From Candidatus Woesebacteria bacterium GW2011_GWA1_39_21 (GTDB lineage: Bacteria > Patescibacteriota > Microgenomatia > UBA8517): a stretch of DNA of 64,000 nucleotides. The stretch spans positions 4,055 to 68,054 of the forward strand of contig LBWP01000004.1 of NCBI GenBank assembly GCA_000993685.1. Direction: 5' to 3'. Below, one piece after another: positions 29,501-38,323 of the stretch (the stretch's first letter is position 1; every line of letters starts with the position of its first letter). A model generated the notes under the pieces. It had not been told where the DNA came from. It saw only the letters and a list, made by a program, of their open reading frames with translations, and made no database searches. Both the position numbers and the translations under genes were made by a program.

Positions 29501-30556
29501 TCACCTGGGCAAGTATTCTTTAATATTTTCGGGGCTTAGATCGAATTTCTGGTTTTTTCCCTCAACCATCAGTCTCGCAATCTTTCGTACAATACCTTTA
29601 ATCGTACGTTCCAAGGTTCTAGTACCAGCATCAAAACCCAATGGTCTGACGATTTGTGGCCAAACATCCTCGGAAATACTAATTCCACCTTCCGGTATTC
29701 CTGATTCATTCAAAATTTTAGGCAACATGTAATCTCGGCCAATTGTAATTTTCTCCCGGTCAGAATACGAAGGCATGGAAATTGGTTCCAACCTGTCAAG
29801 TACAGCAGTTGCAATATGATGGGTATTATTCGCTGTAGCTACAAATAAGACTTCAGAAAGGTCAAAAGGGAAATCAACGTAATGATCAGTGAACGCGTGG
29901 TTTTGCTCGGGATCCAGAAGCTCGACTAACACACCCATAATTGACGCTCTACCAGCTTCAGTGACCCTGTCGACTTCGTCTAGGAGTACGACCGGATTTT
30001 TAGCTTTCGCTGCTCTAAGAGCTTTTATGATTTTACCAGGTTCGGCTTCAGCTTGAACTCTCGACTGTCCTCTCAAATCAAAGGGGCTTTCCATACCACC
30101 AAACGGTATCCTGACAAATTTACGGTTCAGAGCTTCGGCAATTGAGATGGCGATCGTTGTTTTTCCAGTACCAACCAAACCAACAAAACAAAGGGCGGGT
30201 GCTCTCATCATTTCTTTTGCTTCGCCTTTTTCTTGCTTAAGTTTCATCACAGAAATGTATTCTAAAATCCGATCTTTAATTTCCCCAAGACCGAAATGAT
30301 TCTTGTCTAAGATACTCTTCGCATGCTCAAGATCAAGGTTATCTTGAGTCCTTTCATACCACGGCAGTGCAGTTATCCACTCTAGATACTTTGAAATACG
30401 GTCAAGTTCCGGCAAAAAAGACGACGAGGCTACAAGATTTTTCAACTGTTCCAGCCTTACAAGAATTCTCTCTTTGAGACCCTCTGGAATTTGAGCGTTT
30501 TCTAGTTTTTGCTTTAAGAGTTTCAGTTGTTCTTCAGAAGATTCATACTGAGCCAT
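29501..30556 (-). CDS. Lon-family AAA+ ATPase core only: it has the helical linker and AAA+ module but lacks both the N-terminal LON substrate domain and the C-terminal Ser-Lys protease domain.
   Basis: The protein aligns along its whole length with the central region of Lon. Matches include ILDKNHFGLGEIKDRILEYISV (Lon ILDTDHYGLERVKDRILEYLAV), Walker A GLVGTGKTT, Walker B VVLLDEVD, sensor-1 FVATANN, VELLDPEQNHAFTDHYVDFPFDLSEV and LDRLEPISMPSYSDREK. It ends exactly at the AAA+/protease boundary, and repeat copy B follows immediately. Confidence 0.8.
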   Translation of the reverse strand: MAQYESSEEQLKLLKQKLENAQIPEGLKERILVRLEQLKNLVASSSFLPELDRISKYLEWITALPWYERTQDNLDLEHAKSILDKNHFGLGEIKDRILEYISVMKLKQEKGEAKEMMRAPALCFVGLVGTGKTTIAISIAEALNRKFVRIPFGGMESPFDLRGQSRVQAEAEPGKIIKALRAAKAKNPVVLLDEVDRVTEAGRASIMGVLVELLDPEQNHAFTDHYVDFPFDLSEVLFVATANNTHHIATAVLDRLEPISMPSYSDREKITIGRDYMLPKILNESGIPEGGISISEDVWPQIVRPLGFDAGTRTLERTIKGIVRKIARLMVEGKNQKFDLSPENIKEYLPR

Positions 30557-30622
30557 ACTGATTTATAATACACGAAATAGTCATATATTAAAACCTTGTT
30601 GGAGGCTAACCGGAAGAACAAA

Positions 30623-32893
30623 TTACCTTTCGTACTTGCCTTTAACTTGATCTAACAGTCTGCTAGTTGGGAAATGGGGCCCACCACCGCCTCCGGACGA
30701 TCTAGAAAATCTGTTTCCACCTCTTCTATCACCACGATCGAAAGGTTTTTTATATCCTCCAGAATAGTTTCCACCTCTTGACCCCCCCGTCCTTCCACCG
30801 CCAGTATTTTTAGGCTTGTCGTGATCAAGAAGCATTGATAGATTGATTCTTCCCAGTTCATCAACTTCTTTGACTCTGACTTTGACATCCTGTCCTATTT
30901 TTACAACATCCGAAGGGTTTCCAACAAAATCATCACTCATATCAGAAACGTGGACCATACCTTCTTTACCAGGTAGGATCTCAATAAAAGCACCAAACGG
31001 CTGGATTCGCCTTACGACTCCATCGTAAATTTCCCCAGCAACCAGCTCACGGAACATGCTTTCAATTTCGCTGACTGCCTTTTCGACATCCTCAGAATTT
31101 ATAGCCGATATGAAAATGTTACCGTCATCATCAACGTCGACTTGCGCTCCGGTTCGAGAAATAATTCCTTTAATTATCTTTCCTCCAGGACCAATAAGCT
31201 CTCCAATTTTTGATTGCTCAATCTTAATGATTTTGATCTTCGGGGCGTATTTCGAAACACTCGATCTCGGAGCCGAAATGGCTTTTTTCATAACCTCCAA
31301 AATTGTCATTCTCGCTTCGCGTGCTTGCTTAAAAGCAGTTTCTAAAATATTTACAGTCAAGCTTAAGGTTTTAACATCAAGTTGAAGGGCGGTAATGCCT
31401 TTTTCTGTTCCCGCAACTTTAAAGTCCATGTCGCCATTACCATCCTCAATACCGACAATGTCCGTCAAAATTGCAAATTCTTTCTCTGACTCGACAATAA
31501 CCCCCATTGCAATTCCTGCAACTGGAGCTTTAATTGGAACCCCCGCATCCATTAAAGAAAGGGTCGATCCGCAAGTTGATGCCATAGACGTTGATCCATT
31601 TGATGATAGAACTTCTGTTACAACTCTTATCGCATAAGGAAACTTATCCTCTGATGGAATAACTGGGAGAAGTGCGCGTTCCGCCAAAGCTCCGTGGCCA
31701 ATTTCTCTGCGTGAGGGGCTTCCAATTCTTCCCGTCTCCCCAGTAGAATATGGTGGCATGGAGTAATGGTGCATGTAACGTTTTGTTTCTTCACCTTCGG
31801 CAGTCTCAATTGTCTGCCCGAGTGAAGGTTCACCTAAAGTGGCAATTGAAAGAGCTTGCGTTTGTCCACGTTGAAAAATCGCGGAACCGTGCGTTCTAGG
31901 AAGAACCGATACTTCCGCTGAAAGAGCACGAAGTTCGTTATGTTTTCTACCATCTGCCCTTTTACCAGAAAGAATCAATTTTCTTACTTCTGCTTTAAAG
32001 AGATTTTCAAAAACAGCTGCTGCAGTTTCCTTTTCGGTAGCATCTTCAAAGTTGTCTACAATAGCGTTTTTAACTTCATTAAAAATTTCGTATCCCGCCT
32101 CTTTCGTAGCCATTTTTGATACCAGATCTTTAATCTGCCCCTCTGCAAGTTTTTTAACCTTCTTGACTAATCCTTCATCAATCTTTTCTTTTTCAAAAAC
32201 TTCCTTCTTGGTTCCTACCTTTCCAACAAATTTATTTATTTGCATGACAATTTGTTTACACTCACCGTGTGCTAGATTTAGTGCCTCTACCATCTCGCCT
32301 TCGGGAATTTCTTTACCACCGGCTTCAACCATAACAACTGCCTTTTCAGTCGCCGAGACAACTAAATCCAGATCTGATTTTTCCAAATCAGACATAATAG
32401 GGTCAACAACAAGCTTTCCGTCAACCCTTCCAATCTTCACCACTCCAACCGGACCCATCCACGGAATTGATGAAATTGCTAAAACAGATGATGCAGCAAT
32501 TGCTGCAGTGATATCAACAGAATTTTCTAAATCGACGGATAGTAACGTAATAACCAGCTGAACTTCGTGACCAGTATATTCCTTGGGAAAAAGAGGTCGA
32601 ATTGATCGGTCTATCAAACGACTTGTGAGAATCTCATCATCAGATGGTCTTCCCTCTCTTTTGACCCAACGGCTTCCCTTTATTCTTCCACCAGCATAGA
32701 GCCTTTCTTGATAGTCAACGAAGAGGGGAAAATAATCCAGATGTTGTTTCATTGGAGCGGAAACGACAGTTGCCAAAACAACCGTTTCACCGCAAGAAGC
32801 CATAACGGCTGCCGTTGCTTGCTCTGCAATGTTTCCTGTGGTCAGGGTGAACTTTCTCCCAGATACTTCAAAACTATGTTCAATTTTTTTCAT
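30623..32893 (-). CDS. pnp: Polyribonucleotide nucleotidyltransferase (PNPase) with a Gly/Arg-rich C-terminal tail.
   Basis: Two RNase PH domains, a KH domain (KIGELIGPGGKII), an S1 domain and a C-terminal GGGRTGGSRGG… tail. Downstream of rpsO. Confidence 0.95.
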   Translation of the reverse strand: MKKIEHSFEVSGRKFTLTTGNIAEQATAAVMASCGETVVLATVVSAPMKQHLDYFPLFVDYQERLYAGGRIKGSRWVKREGRPSDDEILTSRLIDRSIRPLFPKEYTGHEVQLVITLLSVDLENSVDITAAIAASSVLAISSIPWMGPVGVVKIGRVDGKLVVDPIMSDLEKSDLDLVVSATEKAVVMVEAGGKEIPEGEMVEALNLAHGECKQIVMQINKFVGKVGTKKEVFEKEKIDEGLVKKVKKLAEGQIKDLVSKMATKEAGYEIFNEVKNAIVDNFEDATEKETAAAVFENLFKAEVRKLILSGKRADGRKHNELRALSAEVSVLPRTHGSAIFQRGQTQALSIATLGEPSLGQTIETAEGEETKRYMHHYSMPPYSTGETGRIGSPSRREIGHGALAERALLPVIPSEDKFPYAIRVVTEVLSSNGSTSMASTCGSTLSLMDAGVPIKAPVAGIAMGVIVESEKEFAILTDIVGIEDGNGDMDFKVAGTEKGITALQLDVKTLSLTVNILETAFKQAREARMTILEVMKKAISAPRSSVSKYAPKIKIIKIEQSKIGELIGPGGKIIKGIISRTGAQVDVDDDGNIFISAINSEDVEKAVSEIESMFRELVAGEIYDGVVRRIQPFGAFIEILPGKEGMVHVSDMSDDFVGNPSDVVKIGQDVKVRVKEVDELGRINLSMLLDHDKPKNTGGGRTGGSRGGNYSGGYKKPFDRGDRRGGNRFSRSSGGGGGPHFPTSRLLDQVKGKYER

Positions 32894-32934
32894 TAATGAA
32901 GCTAAAAGCTTTTTGCCTAAAGCGTATTGTTTTT

Positions 32935-33204
32935 TTACTTTTCCAATTTCAGTTGACCAATGAGGTCTTTATACCTATCTTCACTGTGTTTCTTCAAATA
33001 ATTTAAAAGTCTTCTTCTTTTCGCAACCATCGACAAAAGCCCGCGCCGTGAATGATTGTCTTTCTTATGTTCCTTTAAATGATCTGCAAGTCGATTAATT
33101 TTGTTCGTTAGAAGTGCAATCTGTACTTCAGGAGAACCCGTATCACCTTTCTCTCTTGCAAACCTTTTGATAATACCCTGTTTTTCGTCGCTTGATAGTG
33201 CCAT
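32935..33204 (-). CDS. rpsO: 30S ribosomal protein S15.
   Basis: [35 protein letters not shown] is the canonical S15 signature; 89 aa. Confidence 0.95.
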   Translation of the reverse strand: MALSSDEKQGIIKRFAREKGDTGSPEVQIALLTNKINRLADHLKEHKKDNHSRRGLLSMVAKRRRLLNYLKKHSEDRYKDLIGQLKLEK

Positions 33205-33346
33205 AACCGTATTAGCTTAAGTAAATCTGCAATTTCCAAAAACAGATAAACCTAGCTGTACTTGGAAGGTATGATAACACATTAAAACATCTTTCACAAC
33301 TAATATCCTAACTCAAATAAACTTACGTTCATTCTCCCAATTTCAA

Positions 33347-34327
33347 TCATCCCAAAGAAGTTCCTCTGTAGACTTTCGGTTGAAGCCATTCATCGGGAGG
33401 GTTTTCAACTACTTCTGCCTCATCTTCTTCTTTTTTTTCTTCCGGTTTTGGAACAGGAATTGATTCTTTTTTTACCACTTCAGAAGTTTGGGTAAAATCA
33501 GCAAAATCAGTCGCTTCAACCCGCTGCGGTTTGACTACAGATTCATCAAGATATTTATTAGGAGTATCTTGAGGAATCGCCCCTTGTGGAAACTTTGTTT
33601 TATCAACACCTTCTCCCGCCAGTCTTCTTCCACCCATTCTGATTAGTGACGCCGTTACCTCAAACGTATCAGCCGTAACCATTTCTGATCGATAATTTTT
33701 CGTTGCATGTTCAATACCCATCAAAAGATTCGTTGCTGTTTCGGAGTCGATGGGCAGTTGAGCTTCATTCATTAAAAAGAAGGTTAATTCAGAAGCGGAC
33801 GCCATCGGTTGTGCGAAAGTGAAAACGACACGTGACGGATCAATTACCAACGGTTGAGTTCCAATATGATACATTTTTGTTGGCTCAAGTCCTTTAGTCG
33901 ACAGCTGGGGAAAATCTGCATCAGTTGCTCCTCCAAAAAGTATTACTGTGTCAGCATTCACTCCCTCATAGCTGATTTTCACTTGACCTTCGTGGGGTGG
34001 ATTTACACCGGATTTAGGAATAACAGTCAATTTGAATTTATTTTCGACAATATCGTAACTAACCCTTTCTATTCCGTTGGCGTCATAATTATCAAACCCT
34101 ATCACCATATTCTTATTTCCCGCAGAGTTGGAAATTTTATCGACAGAAATCAGGCGATTAAAAGAAACTGTCATCGGAGAAACTGAAACGATCTGTGTTG
34201 GTTTTGAATCTCCAAGAGAAATGTAAAGAGCCAATGCAGATGCAACCTGATCCAAATTAGGATTGTTGGGAAGAAAAATAAGCACTGAACCTGCGTTTTC
34301 AATAACCGATTTAAAAGAATTTTCCAT
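33347..34327 (-). CDS. NrnA-like DHH/DHHA1-fold protein with substituted catalytic motifs (likely non-catalytic), plus an acidic Glu/Lys-rich C-terminal tail.
   Basis: The NrnA layout is recognisable. VLIFLPNNPNLDQVASALALYISL corresponds to motif I/II (VIxxHxxPDGDAxGSxxAL), but the His/Asp residues are replaced. LLMGIEHATKNY corresponds to AGIxxDTGxF. MGGRRLAGEG corresponds to the DHHA1 GGGHxxAxG, with GGGH replaced by GGRR. It sits between infB and rpsO, where rbfA and a DHH gene occur in other bacteria. Confidence 0.4.
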   Translation of the reverse strand: MENSFKSVIENAGSVLIFLPNNPNLDQVASALALYISLGDSKPTQIVSVSPMTVSFNRLISVDKISNSAGNKNMVIGFDNYDANGIERVSYDIVENKFKLTVIPKSGVNPPHEGQVKISYEGVNADTVILFGGATDADFPQLSTKGLEPTKMYHIGTQPLVIDPSRVVFTFAQPMASASELTFFLMNEAQLPIDSETATNLLMGIEHATKNYRSEMVTADTFEVTASLIRMGGRRLAGEGVDKTKFPQGAIPQDTPNKYLDESVVKPQRVEATDFADFTQTSEVVKKESIPVPKPEEKKEEDEAEVVENPPDEWLQPKVYRGTSLG

Positions 34328-34421
34328 ATCTTATGTTAACTTATAATATTTTGATTGAGTGGAAACTTTGCGTACTATTGGGCAGAGGAAAACACGATAT
34401 TTTTTGTAAAGACTAATCTAG

Positions 34422-35828
34422 CTACAAACTTACCGATACTAACATATCTCCTATAGTGAAATCAAGTTGAGGCTTGAGTATTATACCGAATTCCTCACCT
34501 TGCTTAACCTCGGTAATATCTTTTTTTTCTTTGCGAAGCGAAGCAATTTTGGCACTTGCTAAAGTCTCGCCATTTCTTTCAAGTTTCAAATTATCCTCTT
34601 TTCCGATTCTTCCTTTTAACATTTTACAGCCCGCAACCTTGCGGTTCTCATAGGGGAATGATGCGATAATTTCCGCCCTGCCCATTTCCTTCTCGATTCC
34701 CTGCTTTAGGACTTCATCAATCCGCTCAAAAAACTTGTAAATAATATTAAATTCTTCTATTTCCACTCCTTCAGTTGCCGCAAGCCTGGCGATGTTCGTG
34801 GGTACTTTTACTTCAAACGCAAAAATTCGACAATCAGACGCTGATTTTGCAGCAAAAACGTCAGCTTCGATTACATCACCAACTCCCGAAGCTATTACAC
34901 CTACGGGTGACGGAAGATTTGATAAAAGTGCCTCAAGACTGCCGGAAGTTTGGGCCTTAACAACAATATTTAATTTGACAAGATTTGCATCTGTCGGTGT
35001 GGCTGTCTCTTTAGTGGAACTCGTTTTATGTTTATCCAACAATTCATCTTTTAAGCCAGTAATCTTGGCTCCTATAGGGGGCATTTTTTCAAATCCTAAA
35101 ACCAAAGCCGGCTCACCGGGAAGTACTTCTCTTATCGGTCTATTGAAAGAATTGAAAAGTCCCCTGACTTTACTGACTTCACCATCAATTAGTATTTTTT
35201 CTCCAACTTCTAATTTTCCATTTCTAACGATCACTGAGGCCATGCTTCCTCGTTTATCTCTTCGGGTTTCCACAACAAAAGCATCTAAATCTGCCTCAGA
35301 ATCCGCCTTTATTTCGCCCATGTCAGAAAGCAAAACTATCATCTCCATCAATGGTTCAAGGCCTTCGTTTTTCTTTGCGGAGACCTTGATAAGTGGCGTA
35401 TTTCCGCCACTGCCTTCAAATAAAATACCCTCCTTCTCCAGCTGGGTAATGACTGTGTCTGGGTCAGAACTAGGAAGATCTGTTTTTGTAACACATACCA
35501 ATAACGGCAGTTTTTCAGCAACAATAATTTCGAGAGCTTCTTTCGTTTGCGGTTTGACCCCGTCGTCTGCAGCCACGATTAATACAGCGATGTCACATAC
35601 CTGTGCACCGCGCGAGCGCATTTGTTTAAATGCAGCATGGCCCGGTGTGTCGATAAAAGTAATCCCTCTCCCCTCTTTGGTCGTTACCACTGAAGCGCCA
35701 ATACTTTGGGTAATTCCACCAGCTTCCCTTGTTGCAACATTAGTCTTTCGAAGAGCGTCTAAGAGAGTTGTCTTTCCATGGTCTACATGACCCAAAATAG
35801 TAACAATCGGAGATCTTGGTTCCAACAT
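34422..35828 (-). CDS. infB: Translation initiation factor IF-2, short form (starts at the G domain; no N-terminal region).
   Basis: PIVTILGHVDHGKTTLLDALR G1 motif at residue about 10, DTPGH, NKxD-type (VTKTD) and the C-terminal beta-barrel domains. 468 aa. Located downstream of nusA. Confidence 0.9.
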   Translation of the reverse strand: MLEPRSPIVTILGHVDHGKTTLLDALRKTNVATREAGGITQSIGASVVTTKEGRGITFIDTPGHAAFKQMRSRGAQVCDIAVLIVAADDGVKPQTKEALEIIVAEKLPLLVCVTKTDLPSSDPDTVITQLEKEGILFEGSGGNTPLIKVSAKKNEGLEPLMEMIVLLSDMGEIKADSEADLDAFVVETRRDKRGSMASVIVRNGKLEVGEKILIDGEVSKVRGLFNSFNRPIREVLPGEPALVLGFEKMPPIGAKITGLKDELLDKHKTSSTKETATPTDANLVKLNIVVKAQTSGSLEALLSNLPSPVGVIASGVGDVIEADVFAAKSASDCRIFAFEVKVPTNIARLAATEGVEIEEFNIIYKFFERIDEVLKQGIEKEMGRAEIIASFPYENRKVAGCKMLKGRIGKEDNLKLERNGETLASAKIASLRKEKKDITEVKQGEEFGIILKPQLDFTIGDMLVSVSL

Positions 35829-35864
35829 AATTTACGTCCTTTCTAAAAATTAACCTTCCCATGG

Positions 35865-37178
35865 TCAAGATTTGGCTGCTGTCGTATCTTCCACGGCACC
35901 TTGTTTATTTATTTCAATCTCGTCTTCGGATTCCTGATTTTCAGACGAAACGTCGTGTTTTAGCTCTTCCGCAACTACTGCCTTTTCTTCAATGGGCTGT
36001 AAATCCTCTAAATGAGCTACCTTCTCATTTTCAACGTCTGTTTTATCCGCCTGATCACTTATTTTTTCTTGAGCTTTATCACTTTCAGTTACTTCCAACT
36101 TTTTTTCTTCTTTTTCAGTCCCAGCTTCTTTGACTTCAGCTTCTTTTATGACAGCTTCTACTTTCTTACTCTCCTCTGATTGTTGAATGTCAATCTTCCA
36201 ATCAGTAAGTTTTGAGGCCAGTCTTGCGTTTTGACCATCCCGCCCGATTGCTAAAGAAAGCTGATCTGCCTTTGCTTCAACAACTGCTGCTTTTTCCTTT
36301 TTCTTCAGCTTGACCGTTAAACCTTCCGCTGGTGAAAGGGCGGCTTTGATATATTCAGCCGTATCATCGCTATACATTACAATATCAACTCTCTCCCCAC
36401 CAAGTTCGTTTGTAACCGACTGCACTCTTACTCCTCTGTGGCCAACACAGGAACCGACGGGGTCAACACCAGATTGACCCGAAGCAACGGCGATTTTAGT
36501 TCTTATCCCCGGCTCTCGTGCAACACCTTTGACAATGACGCTACCTGAAGGAATTTCTGGGACCTCCCTTTCAAATAACTTCTGGACAAAGGAAGGGTCC
36601 GCCCGAGACAAAATTATCTGTTTACCCCTTGGAGTTTCAACAATATCTTTCAGCAGAAAAGTCATCCTTTGGCTTAGGTCTAACCTTTCATTTGGAACAC
36701 GTTCAGATACCGGCATAATACCTTCCGTCTTTCCTAAATCAACTCTGACATCGGCGCCTTCAAAACGAAGTATCATTCCATTGACTATTGAACCAACTCT
36801 TTCCGTGTATTCGCCCATAATCGCTCCTTTTTCCGCCTCTCTTATCTTTTGGTGTATAACTTGTTTTGCAGTCTGTGCAGCAATTCTTCCAAAACCTGGA
36901 GGTGTAACATCTTTTTTCTCAACTCCACTCAAGTCAACATTCCCATCTTCATCAGGTTCAATGTGATCCCAGGAAAAGATTTTTGCCTCTCCGTTCACGG
37001 GATTTAGATTTACATCAAAGTCAAACATATCTGCATCCTCTCCACGATCTTTGGCATCCTTTTTATAAGCAGCAATAATTGCCTGCTTTATAGTATCCAA
37101 AATAACTTCGGGGTCTAAACCCCTCTCCATTGCAATCGCTTTAATCGCTTGCGCAAATTCTGTTCTTGGTGTCTGCAT
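35865..37178 (-). CDS. nusA: Transcription termination/antitermination factor NusA with an acidic C-terminal extension.
   Basis: N-terminal domain, S1 domain, two KH domains (…GRDGQNARLASKLTDWKIDI), then an approximately 90-aa Glu/Lys-rich tail. Confidence 0.9.
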   Translation of the reverse strand: MQTPRTEFAQAIKAIAMERGLDPEVILDTIKQAIIAAYKKDAKDRGEDADMFDFDVNLNPVNGEAKIFSWDHIEPDEDGNVDLSGVEKKDVTPPGFGRIAAQTAKQVIHQKIREAEKGAIMGEYTERVGSIVNGMILRFEGADVRVDLGKTEGIMPVSERVPNERLDLSQRMTFLLKDIVETPRGKQIILSRADPSFVQKLFEREVPEIPSGSVIVKGVAREPGIRTKIAVASGQSGVDPVGSCVGHRGVRVQSVTNELGGERVDIVMYSDDTAEYIKAALSPAEGLTVKLKKKEKAAVVEAKADQLSLAIGRDGQNARLASKLTDWKIDIQQSEESKKVEAVIKEAEVKEAGTEKEEKKLEVTESDKAQEKISDQADKTDVENEKVAHLEDLQPIEEKAVVAEELKHDVSSENQESEDEIEINKQGAVEDTTAAKS

Positions 37179-37283
37179 AATTAGAGTAAAAGAGTAAAAG
37201 GGTGAAAGAGTAAAAAAGAAGAAATTAAGTAGTTTAAAAAACTTACTTACACTCTTCTACTCTCCCGCTCTTATACTCTGTAT

Positions 37284-37314
37284 TAAAAAAAACGGTGGGT
37301 ATCGCTCCCACCAA
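37284..37314 (-). terminator. Rho-independent terminator downstream of dnaJ.
   Basis: The minus strand reads GGTGGGAGCGATACCCACC followed by GTTTTTTTT: a 6-bp GC-rich stem plus a U8 run, 48 bp after the dnaJ stop. Confidence 0.7.
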
Positions 37315-37361
37315 ATCTAAACCTTTGACCACTCGTAGTTTACTAAAGAAGGGCAAATAAG

Positions 37362-38252
37362 TCAAAGGCCTTCACGCTTCAACCCGTTTACCAAATCTCT
37401 TTGTTCGCGTGTGAGGTGGTCTGGAGTTTGAATCAGAAGACGGACATATTCGTCACCCTTCGCACGTGATTGGATTGAGGCAATACCTTTGCCCCGCAGC
37501 CTGACAACCGTACCAGATTGTGTTCCTGGGCGGATCTTAATTTTGACGGACCCGTCGAGAGTTGGAACCTCAATTGTGCCCCCCAGAATGGCCGTTGAGA
37601 AGGAAATCTCCATTTTGATGTAAATATCGGAAGCTTCTCTTTCAAAAAGCTCATGCGGTCTTATGTTGATTGAGAGTATAAAATCATCAAACCTGATTCT
37701 TTGTCCTTCATCGACTCCTGCCGGAATCTTGATTTTCCGTCTTTTTCCTTCGACTGTCACTTCCTTTTCAACTCCGTTTACAGCTTCCATAAAATCAATC
37801 GCGATACTGTATCTTTGAATTTGTTTACGAGTTTGTCTAAAAGGGTTGCCACCACCAAAAAAGCTTTCAAAAATATCAAACGGGTCGCTAAAGTCGTAAC
37901 CGGCGAATGGCGATCCGTCCCCACCGGAGGTTGAATAGGTATATGTAAAAGGACCCCACTGACCACCCTGTCCAGCAAATGGACTCCCACCACCAGCTCT
38001 TCCAAAACCACCACCGGGTTCAAACGCCTGATGTCCGAAACGGTCATATGCCGACTTTTTTTGCGGATCAGAAAGAACTTGATAAGCTTCATTTATTTCC
38101 TTAAAACGTTTCTCGGCAGCTTCTTTATCGTCCTTGTGTCGATCAGGATGCCATTCAAGCGCTTGCTTACGATAAGCTCTTTTTAGCTCATCGGCCGAAG
38201 CGCTTTTAGTAACTCCCAAAATGTCGTAGTAGTCAGATTTTCCGTTTGCCAT
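37362..38252 (-). CDS. dnaJ: DnaJ-class co-chaperone without the Cys-rich zinc-finger domain (CbpA/type II-like).
   Basis: J domain with HPD (YYDILGV…HPDRH), a Gly/Phe-rich region and C-terminal substrate-binding domains, but no CxxCxGxG repeats. 296 aa. Confidence 0.85.
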   Translation of the reverse strand: MANGKSDYYDILGVTKSASADELKRAYRKQALEWHPDRHKDDKEAAEKRFKEINEAYQVLSDPQKKSAYDRFGHQAFEPGGGFGRAGGGSPFAGQGGQWGPFTYTYSTSGGDGSPFAGYDFSDPFDIFESFFGGGNPFRQTRKQIQRYSIAIDFMEAVNGVEKEVTVEGKRRKIKIPAGVDEGQRIRFDDFILSINIRPHELFEREASDIYIKMEISFSTAILGGTIEVPTLDGSVKIKIRPGTQSGTVVRLRGKGIASIQSRAKGDEYVRLLIQTPDHLTREQRDLVNGLKREGL

Positions 38253-38296
38253 AGGATAAATGATAATCGAATTATCTCTTTTCTTAAAGCACTATT

Positions 38297-38323
38297 TTAG
38301 CACTCATCGGTTAATAATGCTAA
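38297..38323 (-). promoter_or_regulatory. CIRCE-like HrcA operator upstream of dnaJ.
   Basis: In the dnaJ orientation: TTAGCATTA-TTAACCGAT-GAGTGCTAA, against the consensus TTAGCACTC-N9-GAGTGCTAA (right arm 9/9, left arm 7/9, exact 9-nt spacer). It sits 45-70 bp upstream of the dnaJ start codon. Confidence 0.6.

Noticed and set aside
32052-32561. 169-aa plus-strand ORF (and others at 30843-31637) inside pnp.
   Set aside because: Antisense to the well-supported PNPase gene; Ser/Thr/Ile-rich with no motifs.
34792-35790. 332-aa plus-strand ORF.
   Set aside because: It is entirely antisense to infB. The Ser/Thr/Ala-rich low-complexity translation is typical of the reverse strand of a Lys/Glu-rich gene.
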